This document shows, one piece after another, positions 1 to 11,549 of a stretch of DNA of 64,000 bases. Below the pieces are notes generated by a model. It searched no databases and was not told the origin of the DNA. It saw only the letters and a program-made list of their open reading frames with translations. Source of the DNA: Octopus vulgaris (Eukaryota); assembly GCA_951406725.2 (NCBI GenBank), contig OX597819.1, positions 94,674,001-94,738,000 of the forward strand, written 5' to 3'. A program made the translations under genes and the position numbers. Position 1 is the stretch's first letter. The number at the start of each line of letters is the position of its first letter.

Positions 1-499
1 CGCTCTATTTCGGACGTTTTCACTAACAAATGCGGATCCACAAAGGATTCGAAATAGAACGTAACCATGTACATTACAGAGCTGCCTTAGAAGCATCTTA
101 AGCCCTCGGGCAAATGAATCCCTGGGCCCTGTAGTATATATTTATTGACAGCAAATCACATCATATATATAGAGCCCCTAGGCAACTGACCTATGAGCCC
201 ATGCCTTAAGATGGCACTGTGATAATAGTTCACACAAATACAAAATAGGAATAGTACAGATCAAGCATGGGTAGCCTTTTCGGGATGCAGTCCGCATGAG
301 ATATGGAACATCATCAGACGGGCCGTACTACTAAAAAATTTTCAAGGTAATTTTTCGTTTGTTTGGCATTCAGAAAGTTCCGCGGGTCACAGTTTGCCCA
401 TAACTGGTATAGATTAACATTAAAACAGTTTTAGAAAAGCTGGAAGTAGCTAGGGATGGTTCTACAAAACTCGACTCTGCCAACGATATCTCATCAGAC

Positions 500-753
500 C
501 AGTGCTTCTCAAACTATCTGAAGTGACGTAGCGGTAATTTTTTTTCCAGTGTGCCAGGGACTGGTAATATTAATTTATACCGGAAACAATATATATAATG
601 AATATAATAATTTTTAAAAAAATCTTATATATATTTTGTAAACAAATAATACAATATTACATAAGCATTTTATAATGTTTTTGTTTTTTTTTCTGGAAAT
701 TGGCCGCGTACCGGCAGCTGATGGCTCGCGGACCATCACTTTGAGTAGCACTG
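500..753. mobile_element. hAT (Charlie-like) MITE
   Basis: TIRs CAGTGCTTCTCAAA...TTTGAGTAGCACTG; 8-bp TSD catcagac/cattagac (7/8 match). Confidence 0.75.
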
Positions 754-1429
754 CATTAGACAACATAATCCTAAACATAGAAAAGAAGCCAGAGTCTCTT
801 TAATTATATGTCCGCTCGATCAGAGCTGACATCAATTTTAAACAACAGTGCGATATAAACATATCCCAAGCAGTAAGAGGATTGTCATCAATGAGAGAAC
901 TTTCTCCAAGCTGGATTTTAAATGTATCAATTTGGCTGCTATTTCTTGCATGTTGAGTAACTACGCTGGGACCTTCCTTTGCTGGCTCAAAGTAAACTTG
1001 GTTTTTATTTATTTAAGCCCCAGATCAGCCTTGGTCGAACAGACTTATAATAAAAAAGCTTTCCAATCGTGACCATTCTGTAGAAACTACATTCTATGCT
1101 ATATCCCTTATTTAGTCTATAAGGAGTATCTAGTTGCTATTTCCCGAAGATCGTGCAACCTCTAAGAATTTCTATTGGGGAACACCGATCGCGACAAGCC
1201 GGCACCCAAGAAGAAATGTTAGGAGCGATACAGCAGCTACACAACAATACTCTCGTCTCCTAAAGAGCAATTCATTCATTCATCCTCTCTCTCTCTCTTC
1301 CTTCCTCCCTTCTTCTCCTGTCTCCATTCCTCTCTCCCTTCCTCTCCTCTATCCCTTCTATCTCTCTTCCTAGAGACCCATCGTATACACGCGCGCACGC
1401 ACATATATTTGTGGTATGTGTCTATTTGT

Positions 1430-1860
1430 TCCCTACCACCGCTTGACAACTGGTATGGGTTTATTTATGCCACTGTAATTTTGTATTTCATTAAGAGAGA
1501 CCGATAGAATAAGTACTAGACTTAAAAAATAAGCACTGACGTCAATTTGTTTGACTAAACCAGTGGCACTCAACCATTTTTTGCCTATGGACGGACCCCT
1601 TTGATTCCAATCTATAACCATTCAATGTTTAGAAAAAATCCTATTATATTTTTATCATTAAATATTATTTGGAATTGTATTTAAAAATTTTTTGTGTATT
1701 GTAGAGGTATAACCAATTTATTGCAAATAAATTTTTAACAAAATCTTATGTGGAATCCCAAGGACCTTATGGACCCCAGTTGAGAACCACTAGACTACAC
1801 CCTTCAAGGCGATGCTTCAACATGGCCGCAGCCCAGTGACTGGAACGAGTAAAAGGTAAA
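1430..1860 (+). mobile_element. SINE 3' portion, interrupted by a MITE
   Basis: Same body (...aataagtact...tttgactaaac|ccttcaaggc...catggccgcag...) as copies at 8045-8358 and 8708-9130; boundaries approximate. Confidence 0.65.
1561..1792. mobile_element. hAT MITE nested in a SINE
   Basis: Ends CAGTGGCACTCAAC...GTTGAGAACCACTA; 8-bp TSD gactaaac/gactacac; the SINE resumes after the TSD. Confidence 0.75.
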
Positions 1861-1904
1861 ATATACCTTGAGATAAAAAGAACAGATCCTATACGCTATA
1901 AATC

Positions 1905-3080
1905 TTTCCTGCAATTAGACCTGGACACAATGCAGCAATGGATTACTGAAAGGCAACTCAAGCTAGCTGTGGACCAGCGCATCACTATGCATTTTGGGAG
2001 GAAAAACCCAGCTTTTACATACCCACTCAACAACACCAATCTTAAGAAGATTGTTAGAGAACGTGATCAGGGTATTATTGTAAACAGTCATCTGCGTTGG
2101 ACAAACCACATCTCTAAGATTGTCAAGAAGGCTGAGGGTGTCTCAGCATAACACAGTAAGACCTCTGTCAGCCGCTCTCCGGCTATCTTTTTAATACTGT
2201 ATATAACTATGGTACGTCCACACTTAGAGTTTGCATCACCAGTCTGGAACCCCTATCTTGCTCAGCACATCAATTTCTTGGAAACTGTTCAGAAACGTGC
2301 GACCAAACGGATATCTGCCGTCAGGCATCTACCATACTCTGAATGTTTGCTTCCCTGTGCATGGACACATTAAAGCTTCGACATCTGGCAACTGACTATT
2401 ATCCACCATCTTTCCAATAACAACCTTGGACACCCTTTTTGAATTCCATATGTCAAACATTCATGAACATGCTTACAAAATCAAAAACAACACAGCCCCC
2501 GGAAACATTTGTAGCAGAAATGTGTAATGCTTTTATTACGTTTGATTGTTTAAGCTTAAATACTACAGAATAGGCTCAACAAAGCTTTTCTTTACATTGA
2601 ATCACATGACCTAGTGGCTTGCCAAACTAGTTGCATGTATTGTCGGTTACTAACTGTTCAATCGCATGTTTGCAACAGTTTGTTTTCAACGCGGAAAAGA
2701 TCACTTTGTATCTGGAGCCTACCCAGGGTTATAAAAACCCTTGTATTCTATCTCCCTTGGTCTTTGACAGCTGCTATTGACCACGCACATCACGTCTCTT
2801 TGGGCCAGCGTCGATAAACCAGAAATCCAGCTTGTCTCACACTTTCTCAACCAGCCTTCTCCGCGGTCTTCATCGTTACCACAACAGACAGCAGACCACA
2901 GCCACGTCAACAGACCCAGCAGAACTGAAATCATTTAAATCCTTGCCCCATACTGTAACATGATCGGCATTCTCTTTTGGCAATCGTCGCTTATTCAACT
3001 TACCCAAGTCTATTCGTTCACGTCTTTCTCCGTTATACATTTTTTTTTCACGCTCAGAATTGCTGAAACATGGAATAAAT
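1905..3080 (+). mobile_element. Degenerate CR1/L2-type LINE 3' fragment, split by a solo LTR
   Basis: Peptides ERDQGIIVNSHLRWTNHISKIVKKA and LYITMVRPHLEFASPVWNPYL, then FFTLRIAETWN after the insert; typical CR1 ORF2 C-terminal region. Confidence 0.75.
2510..3037. mobile_element. Probable solo LTR (Ty3/Gypsy-like)
   Basis: Ends TGTAGC...GTTATA (decayed TG..CA); 4-bp TSD CATT at 2506-2509 and 3038-3041; the host LINE reading continues across it. Confidence 0.6.
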
Positions 3081-3429
3081 GTTTATGTTAATTCAAAAGA
3101 GAAAAACAATTAAGTTTTAAATCTCTGAGCGAGTTGTTGGCAAATAAACTTTAATCTAAAATATTTATCCAGAAAATCTTATTTAGCTGTTATTTTTAGC
3201 ACACTTCACAGCCATCTCAATGCTCAATGACAAAAGGAAACAAACATTAACCTAAACGGAGACGTTGTTGTTTGCCAGTAGAGAGGGAAAGAGTAAAGAA
3301 TGAATAGTGCTGACTAGAAAGGAAGAAAAGATAAAGGTGGCTCTGCTCTGATTGGCCGCGAAAAATTTTCCCCACGAGAGTTCCGGATCCCAGTTATGCA
3401 GCCTTCTGTTTTTCGTTTTAGTAACCGGG

Positions 3430-3860
3430 CGCTAAACTAGATCCTGAAAGTTATAAGGGAAAAAACCCGATCGTGTGAACTTTCCGACAGTCCTCTTCCC
3501 ACCCTTTCGGAAAACCTTTTCTCCCACAAATTTCTTTATAATCGTAATCTATGCTGTTTGAAATGTATTTCTGTAAAATTTCAATAAAAGATATCCGTTT
3601 TCTTGAAAGTTATGAGCAGAAAAAAAAAAAAAAAACGGATCCTGTGAATTTTCCAAGTCCTCTCCTTACCCCTCCGGAAAAAATTTTCCCCAGAAATTTC
3701 TTTAAAATTGTAATTTGTGCCATTTGAATGGCATTTCTATAAAATTTCAATACATATCCATTTTCCTGAAAGTTGAGAGAAAAATCGGATCTTGTGAATT
3801 TTCCGAAAGTCCTCTCCCTACGCCTCCGTTCATATTCGTTTTCTACACAATTTTTTTTTT
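3430..3860 (+). repeat. Dispersed repeat with ~150-170-bp internal tandem units
   Basis: Three copies of gatc(c/t/g)tgtgaa(t/c)tttcc...gtcctct unit; a reverse-complement copy lies at 7140-7520. Confidence 0.7.
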
Positions 3861-4049
3861 ACATCTAGTAGGCTGTTTTTTTCTTTTTTTTTTTTTTGCT
3901 TTCGTTAACGGGCCTCAAACTTTATATTGACCGAGAAATAAAGAACCTAAAGGATAATGAAAGGGAAAGGAAGAAAAAAATAAATGGGGGGAAAATGGGT
4001 AAAACGGAGGAGAGGGGATCGAAAAGGCGAATGTGAGATCATTTAAATT

Positions 4050-4292
4050 AACGTGTAAATGGATGAGTACCCCACAGACATGCATATCCTTGACGTAGTT
4101 CTCAGGGAGATTCAGTGCGACATTGAATGTTGCAAGGTCGGCCATTTGAAGTACAGGTACAACTCATTTTTGCCAGCTGAATAGACTTAAGTAACGTGAA
4201 TAAAGTGTCTTGCTCAAGACAAAACACGCCGTCGAAATCGAACCCGCGTCCTTACGATCGCGAGGCGAATACCTAACCAATAAGCCACGCAC
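4050..4292 (-). mobile_element. tRNA-derived SINE
   Basis: Minus strand gtgcgtggcttattggttagg...gggttcgatttc (A/B boxes) followed by cttgagcaagacacttta body. Confidence 0.65.
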
Positions 4293-4405
4293 CTTCACAT
4301 ATACACAATCTGTATTCATTGGTAGTTTTTTCAGGGGTGATAACTCTTAAATTTGACAAAATTCTATTTTGAGTGAACTTCTTTCTAACCAGGAAGGAAT
4401 TTAAC

Positions 4406-4988
4406 ATGTTGAAGAACTCAGCTGTTGTATCAGTAAAATGGTTGGCATCAAGAATAGCCTCAAAAGACCCATGCATTCGTATTCTGGATGGATCTTTTCA
4501 TATGCCAGCAGCTAACCGTGATCAGAAGGCAGAGTATGCAGTGAAACATATTCCTGGTGCTCTGTTTTTCGATGTTAACGAGTGCGTCGATCAGAATTCT
4601 CCATACCCCCATATGTTACCATCACCTGAAGAATTTGAAGATTATGTACGTCGAATGGGAATTAAAAACGACAGTCATGTTATTGTCTATGATACCAGTG
4701 AAAAGTTCGGGCTTTTTTCTGCAGCCCGTGTTTGGTGGACCTTTCGAGTATTTGGTCACGATTTCGTGTCAGTGTTAGATGGAGGATTACCTAAATGGCT
4801 TTCACTGAACCAATCGGTCACTGATAAAGTGGAGACATTCCCACCGTCTAAATTTATTGCCAGATACCGCCCCGAACTTGTTAAGAATTTTAACGATATC
4901 AATGATAATATCGAAAGTAAATTAAGCCAGGTTGTTGATGCACGTTCCAAAGGCAGATTTCAAGGAACTGCTCCAGAACCCCGCGCAG
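4406..4988 (+). CDS. MPST: 3-mercaptopyruvate/thiosulfate sulfurtransferase, coding exon 1
   Basis: HIPGALFFD, PHMLPS, AARVWWTFRVFGH, VLDGGL, VDARSKGRFQGTAPEPR rhodanese motifs; ATG 4406; donor G|gtaaat. Confidence 0.92.
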
Positions 4989-5345
4989 GTAAATTCTTTC
5001 GGTTTGTTTCGTGTTATTTTAGGGTTAATATAATCAACGGAAAAGTGACCTTTAAAGTTATGTATAAATGTACTTTTATTCTTATCTTTACAAACAGCTG
5101 ATGTAGTCAAATTTTAAACATTTTTAACTGACCTACACGATCTTTGAGTGAAGTCCCACATCTTTCACTGCGCAGTTAATTTAACCGACCTAAATATAGT
5201 GGACTTTATTATTATTTTTACAAGCAGCTGATGTAGTCAAAATTTTAACATTTCGGTTTACTAACCTACAGAAGGACGTTGTAGCTTGCTTGAATCATTA
5301 TGATGAAGTAAAATAACAATATAAATGGTCCGTCATCAGGCATAA

Positions 5346-5392
5346 ACATACTTCTGATGATGGGCTTTGGGTCTGAAATATATAAAATTATT
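5346..5392 (+). ncRNA. Degenerate minimal type I hammerhead ribozyme motif (copy 1)
   Basis: CTGATGA (5354-5360), T, GGGCT-TTG-GGTCT, GAAA (5375-5378), palindromic TATA loop, then TA. Confidence 0.5.
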
Positions 5393-5656
5393 AAACTTTT
5401 CTTTTTCGTATTGTAATTTTAATTTTTAACTGACCTACACGATCTTTGAGTGAAGTCCTACATCTTTCACTGCGCAGCTAATTTAACCGATCTAAATATA
5501 GTGGACTTTATTATTATCTTTTTGATCTTTACAAACAGCTGATGTAGTCAAAATTTTAACATTTCGGTTTACTAACCTACAGAAGAACGTTGTAGCTTGC
5601 TTGAATCATTATGATGAAGTAAAATAACAATATAAATGGTCCGTCATCAGATGTAA

Positions 5657-5696
5657 ACATACTTCTGATGATGAGCTTTGGGTCTGAAATATATAA
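5657..5696 (+). ncRNA. Degenerate minimal hammerhead motif (copy 2), stem I broken by an insertion
   Basis: CTGATGA (5665-5671)...GAAA (5686-5689)-TATA-TA; insertion begins ~5697. Confidence 0.4.
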
Positions 5697-6334
5697 CTTC
5701 AGTGTAGGGAAGTAAAAAAAAACTGGGGGAGATAACTACGTTCTCATTCTTTACTTACACCTAAATGTCCTTAATCGTGAATCAACCTTAGAGGAATCTT
5801 GGAATATCATTCAATTAGCCGAATCAGGAGACAAGATTCTTCAGTGGTTGGAACGGCGTCAACTAATTATGAATATGTACACTTGCGAAAATTGTAATTC
5901 ACCATGTGGCCTTAATACGCGTGGTGACGCTATTGATGGGAAAATGTTGGTGTAAAAAGGAAATAAATTCGTCACAGTTAATTCTTTTGATCATTTATTG
6001 CTGGTCACGCGATATGTCGCAAGAAGATATTACGCAAGAATGTTCATAAACAGTCGGGCTACATTCGTAGATTGGTGTAATTTCTGCTGTAAAGTATGTG
6101 ACGTTTGTATCAACAAAACCCGATGCAAATCGACAGTGTTGATAGTAATGGGCAACCACTAGTTGTGGGAATTGATGAAAGCAAGATTTTTCGTCCTGCA
6201 AATAAGTACGTTCCCGCACAAAATGTTGAAAGTATGTTTGTTGTTTAACAGTAAGTTGACTTATGTTCCTTTACTAGTTATCTCCCTCTTAATTTTTATT
6301 TACTTTTATAAATTTCCCATGCTGAACAATTACC
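5697..6334 (+). mobile_element. Internally deleted Merlin (IS1595/ISXO2-like) DNA transposon
   Basis: Remnant peptides CENCNSPC and NGQPLVVGIDESK; imperfect terminal inverted repeats (ttcagtgtaggga/tcccatgctgaa; ggagataact/agttatctcc). Confidence 0.6.
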
Positions 6335-6456
6335 TATAAAAGGTTATTAAACTTCTCTTTTTCGTATTGTAATCTTACTTTTTAACTGACCTACACGATC
6401 TTTGAGTGATGTCCCATATCTTTCACTGCACAGCTAATTTAACGGATCTAATTACT

Positions 6457-6915
6457 GGTGCAATTCTCAAAATTGTGTGAAGATCGAAAGTTCGGCGAAC
6501 GTAAATAATGTGGACCACACCCACTTTCATTTTATTATTTTTTCTTCTTCGGAATCCCCCATTTTTGAGTACGGATATTCTGATTCTGTAGAAAATAAAA
6601 ACCAAAAAAACCCCGGCATTTTAACATTTTAATTCAAACCCCAAATTCTTCAATTTTCACGGCGTAACTTCGGTGTAAGTACCGGAAGTACCAGATACAT
6701 TTCAAGAAAGTGTTTTTTTTTATATATATATAGGGGTGGTAAGGTTAGGGTTTGTGTTATTCTGAAAAAAGTGAAAAGTGAAGAATTGGGGGGTGGGGAG
6801 TCAAAATTTTAAAATGTCGGTTTTTTGCAGAATCAGAATCTCCGTACTCGAAAATGAAAGATTCTGTAAAAAATAAATAAATAAAAATAACGTCCGCCGA
6901 AAGTTCAACACTTCA
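6457..6915. mobile_element. Foldback MITE with degenerate long inverted arms
   Basis: gagtacggatattctgattctg (~6567) versus cagaatcagaatctccgtactc (~6828); ttcggcgaacg versus cgtccgccgaa. Confidence 0.6.
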
Positions 6916-7139
6916 TGTACATGTGTCTCTGTCTGATCCTTCAAGCATACACACTACGTTTGTTTATGTGACATGCGGAATCTCGTTCGGGGAGGAAAAA
7001 AAATTAGTGAAAGAAAACAAAATTTGGATCTTATTGGTTTTGCTGCCAGCATTTCAAAAATTTAAGTTTACCGAAAATTTTGGTTAATGTTTACAACTTG
7101 ACCTGGAAACGAAAATCAGAAACAAGTTGTGCCATGGGT

Positions 7140-7520
7140 GTAAAAAAATGTGTAGGAAATGTATATGAATAAAAAAAAATGCGCGCAAAGCAACGGGAGG
7201 ATGGGGAGAGGTCCCGGAAAATTCCCAACGTCCGAGTTTTTCCCTCGTAACTTTTAGGAAAATAGTTTTTTTTTCCATGAAATTTTGTAGAAATATCTTT
7301 CAAATGGCATACATTAGAATTATAAAGAAATTTGTGGGGAAAATCTTTACCAAGGGGGTGGGGAGAGGACTTCGGAAAATTCACAAGATCTGAGTTTTTC
7401 CCTCATAACTTTTAGGATAATGGTGTTTTTGCAATGTAATTCTATATAAATACCTTTCAAACGGCATACATTACGATTATAAAGAAATTTGTGGGTAAAG
7501 TCTTTTCCAAGGGGTGGGGA
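7140..7520 (-). repeat. Inverted copy of the 3430-3860 repeat
   Basis: ggagaggacttcggaaaattcacaagatc is the reverse complement of gatcttgtgaattttccga(a)agtcctctcc. Confidence 0.7.
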
Positions 7521-8044
7521 GATGACTTTTTTTGCAGATTCGGAATCTCTACAGTTGAAAAGATGGGTTTCTGTAGAAAAAAAAAAAAAGCCAAAAGGAG
7601 GTGCGATCCATGTCCTTTACCACCGCTTCATTTTTCCCGGAAAGATGTTTTTAATAAGTTATAGAGGTTTAAAGTTTAAACTCTAGCTGTAATTGTTAAC
7701 GATTTTCAGATAATTTTAAGAAATTAAGAATTAATTCCCCTTTACATGCTAAGAGGAATGCTTGATCTGTGTTTACAAACAAAAGACAGAGCTATGGATA
7801 TGTTTTGGTCTTTTAGATCTGATCAGCATAATATAGTTTAGACAAATCAGCTAGATCAGTAGATAAAGATTTACATATGTTGAAAAGAGATAAAAACAAT
7901 TGGCATAGTTAAAAATAAAATGGGCTAAGGGAAATAATTGAAATGAGCCAATGGCAGGAATTTGGATAAGTTATAACAAGGTGGGAGAGGGGGAATGTAT
8001 TGGATGCCATAACATCTCTTTTCTGTGAGAATTGCCATTAGTAT

Positions 8045-8358
8045 AGCTATGTGATTAAGAACTTCGCTTTGCAACCACGTGGTTTCAGGTTCAGTCCCAC
8101 GTTGAGGCACCTTAGCCATCTTCAACTATAGTCCTGGGCTTGGCCCAGGTCTACAGAAGACATTTGCCTTGTAATTTGGTAGGCAGAAACTGGGTGGAAG
8201 CCCATCATATGTATGTGTGTGTGTGTGTGTGTTTGTCTCCCACATTGAGAGAACAAGTACCAGACTTAAAATAAGTACTAGGGTTGATCTCTTTGACTAA
8301 ACCCTTCAAGGCAATGCCCCAGCATGGCCACAGTCAAATGACTGAAATAGATAAAAGG
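8045..8358 (+). mobile_element. tRNA-derived SINE with internal (TG)n
   Basis: Head ...ggtttcaggttcagtcccac..., (TG)n, tail gactaaacccttcaaggc...catggccacagtc. Confidence 0.7.
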
Positions 8359-8707
8359 TATTGCAGTCAGCACATCGCCCCTTAACTTATTTATCCAATT
8401 TGATGCCATTGGATCAATTCAGTTATTTTACTTAGCTCATTGTAATTTTTGTTTGTTTGTTTATAGCCATGTTGAACATCAGTCTATGATAGGCCAGTTG
8501 AACAAATGCAAGCAGTAATGATTCCAACTACACTATCACCCTATCTACTAGATGCTTTGTGTTATTTTTAGTTCAAATTCAAAAGAAACATTCATATTTC
8601 GTGAGTTGATAAAAAGTTATTGTCATCACGTCAGCTGATCTATACACACACACACAAGTTTTGCACCAAATGCAATGTAAAGTATTTATTGAAAAAATCT
8701 ACAAAGT

Positions 8708-9130
8708 GCAGGCATGGATATGTGGTAAGAAGCTTTGCACCCCAACCACATGGTTTCAGGTTCACTCCCACTGCATGGCACCTCAAGCTGGTGTCTTTTA
8801 CTATAGACCTGGGTCAACCAAAGCCTTGTAAGTGGATTTCATAGATGGGAACTGAAACAAGCCTATCGTGTGTGTATATGTGTGTGTGTATGTATATATG
8901 TGTTTGTGAATGTGTGTGTGTGTACCCTTGTGTTTGCTCTCGGCTGCCACTTAGCCACTGGTGTTGATTCGTTTACATCTTTGTAACTTGGTGGTCCAGC
9001 AAGGGAGACAAGTAGAATAAGTACCAGGCTTAAAAATGAGGACTGGGGTTGGTTTGTTCAACTAAACCCTTCAAGACAGTGCTCCAGCATGGCCACAGTC
9101 TAATGACCAAAATAAGTAATGGATAAAAGG
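8708..9130 (+). mobile_element. tRNA-derived SINE, same family
   Basis: Colinear with 8045-8358; related copies at ~12690-13040, ~28925-29090 (-) and ~39125-39490. Confidence 0.7.
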
Positions 9131-9159
9131 TTAAAAAAATCAAGAGAGCCATAATGTAA

Positions 9160-9560
9160 TCCTGCTCCCACATTTGGGATGGTGCTGCTGTTACGCATAC
9201 AAATATCCTAGACTACTCTGAGAATGACCACTTGATTGAATGGCATTAAACCACTAACAGACATGCCCCAGACATTGGCTTTCAAGTGTAATGTCTTCTC
9301 TCTTTGTCTTTTCTGTTACTACTACAGTGGCTTCTGTTCCGTGGAGCTGGCTAGTTTTGTACGTTCTCCAGTCAAGCACCCTTGGCCCACTTGTTTCTTC
9401 ATTTTTCATCACTCTTTTTGCATTCACTCCACCCCACCACTTTGTACTAATCATAAACTCAGTCCTTCCTAGAACAATGCACTTCTGGACTCTTCTAACT
9501 GCTCATGTTTTTCCTGCAGGCTGTTGATCTACAAGAATATTAATAGAACACTAACAGCAT
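9160..9560 (+). mobile_element. Old CR1/Jockey-group LINE 3' remnant
   Basis: NVFSLCLFCYYYSGFCSVELAS and LPRTMHFW resemble LINE ORF2 C-termini; similar debris at ~19560-19900 and ~43000-43590 (-). Confidence 0.45.
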
Positions 9561-10869
9561 CAAGGTTACAAGTTGCAAAAGGCACATAAAGGTCATGGGC
9601 ACTGAACTGTCCCTTCCTCCAAGACAAAGCATCTAAATAACATAAAAAACAAAGGAGTGTAGATTGGCTCTCAACCAGGGCTGCTATAATTCCTGATAGG
9701 TTTTATATATTGCTGTAGACTCAAATATTTCATAATGTAAGAGTCCATAATTTAAATTTTCTGTAGCATTAATCAAATGAGAGAGAAATATTATTTGTCT
9801 TGACAGGATGCTAGTCTGCTACAAGAAAATTACTCAGAAGTTTAATGACTATTCTCAATGAATGGTTGTGATGAAACAAAGAGAACAAAATGTCATACTT
9901 TGAATCTGCAAATACACTTTAGAGGGTGCAATTTTGCTTGATTGTACCCCTGTAAGATACAAAAGAGTCACATGGTTTAGTGTTAACGGCTGAAAATAAT
10001 GTTTCCATTAATTAGTGAGCCATAAACACAAATTCATGTAACCACCTGCTTTTGTGTCTCCCATGGGCAGAGTCAAATAAAACTGACCCCACTAATGTCT
10101 GTTCACAGATTTTCTTTTTATTTTCTGATTACTTGTTTTTCAACCTCTGTAACATTACTGTTTTTGTTTTATTCCTACCCCCACACATACACAAGGCATA
10201 ATATATTCAGAACTACATTGTCCCATGTGTGTTTCCTTTTCTAAGACAATAGAGTATATTCTGAGGGCAATTCACAGTTGCTGTTTTTTTTGCAGATGCA
10301 GTGACTGCATGGAGGTTAACTCATTTGCTCATTACTTACTGTTGTTGCACCACAGCTCAACTCCAGTTGAACAGATCTATAATTGACAGTGTTCCAACCA
10401 TGACCAATGATTATCTTTTTTTTTTTTAGCATAGTATACAAGTTTAAACTTTTTCAGGAGAGTCATCTATTAATTTCAATTAAGTACAAAACTCTAATCT
10501 CCTTCAAAGTAGGATCCTCAGACTTTAGTACATTTATTGTAGTACTCATGAAGGTCCCATGCAAGTCCTCCTGAAGAGGAGGTGTCCAGGACCCTTGTCA
10601 CTGCCTCCATCTTCTCAGTATCTTCAAAACAACTGCTCTTGAGGTTCTCCTTCAGCTTGAGAAATGACAAAGTCATAAGAAGCAGTTTTGATGCCCATCT
10701 CTGTCAAGTAGTTAGTTACCAGGATGCTCATCACTTGGTATTTTGTTATCAAAATGTAACAAAACAGTCTGCTTCCTGCCAAATAATTCCTCTTAATTAT
10801 TGTAATTAAAAGTGGCTGCTGGAGAGTCTGAAGTTTGTAATGTTTTTTTTTCTTTTTGCTTTCTTGTAG

Positions 10870-11028
10870 ATATCAAATCAGGTCATTTTCAAGGTGCAAC
10901 CAATATTCCTTTTACTAGTGTTTTGGACCGTGAAACTAAAACCATACTAAAGAAAGAGGATCTCTTAAAAGTATTTGAAAATGTCAAAATAGATTTAAAT
11001 AAACCACTTATTGCATCCTGTGGGTCAG
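10870..11028 (+). CDS. MPST: MPST coding exon 2
   Basis: tag|AT; (D)IKSGHFQGATNIPF...LIASCGS; donor G|gtaaga; phase 1-1. Confidence 0.92.
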
Positions 11029-11549
11029 GTAAGATTCTGTTGATAATAATTCTGAACAAGTAAAAACATTTTTTTTCTCAGATTTCAATATGAGCATGTA
11101 TGAGTTGTAATAAAGGTTATACTTGTTATATTTCAAAGATCATGTGAGCAAAATCAAAGAAAGCACATCAAAATGAAAAATAAAGACCATTTCTATTTCA
11201 TAAACGATTAGCAATAAGATGTTCATTTGTGGTCTTTTAGCTAAGGTAGACATTGACTGAGCATTTTCTTGACTAAAGACATTTCAGCTTGTCCAACAAG
11301 ACTTACTTCCTTCTTTTTAGGATGGTGGGGTGTGATTGAAAAGGTAATTTGGCTACTGATTCTAACAGATCAAATAAGCACATAGACGCTTCTTAATTCA
11401 TATCCAGTTGTAATAATGTTGTATCAACTATTCCTGTCTGGTTAAATCAACTCCAGTAGTTGACATATATTTTATTTTACTGCCCCTTGACAAAATGAAA
11501 AAAAAAATTTATCCATAGCAGGATTTTAACTCAGAATATAACCAAATAT

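Larger units (their letters stand above)
5085..6450 (+). repeat. ~302-311-bp tandem repeat, Penelope/retrozyme-like, interrupted by a DNA transposon remnant
   Basis: actgacctacacgatctttgagtga occurs at ~5127, ~5429 and ~6385; units carry TTTCGG...TCATCAG/CTGATGA...GAAA. Confidence 0.75.

Noticed and set aside
77-407. Two further possible hAT MITEs
   Set aside because: TIR-like ends are present but no convincing TSDs
4225-4292. tRNA-like sequences here and at other SINE heads
   Set aside because: Degenerate cloverleaf followed directly by a SINE body; not tRNA genes
4989-5101. C-terminal part of the 242-aa ORF
   Set aside because: Read-through into intron 1; homology continues at 10870
5300-5378. 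C/D-box snoRNA (ATGATGA...CTGA)
   Set aside because: Terminal stem is minimal and no guide target was recognised; the tandem Penelope/hammerhead layout explains the motifs better
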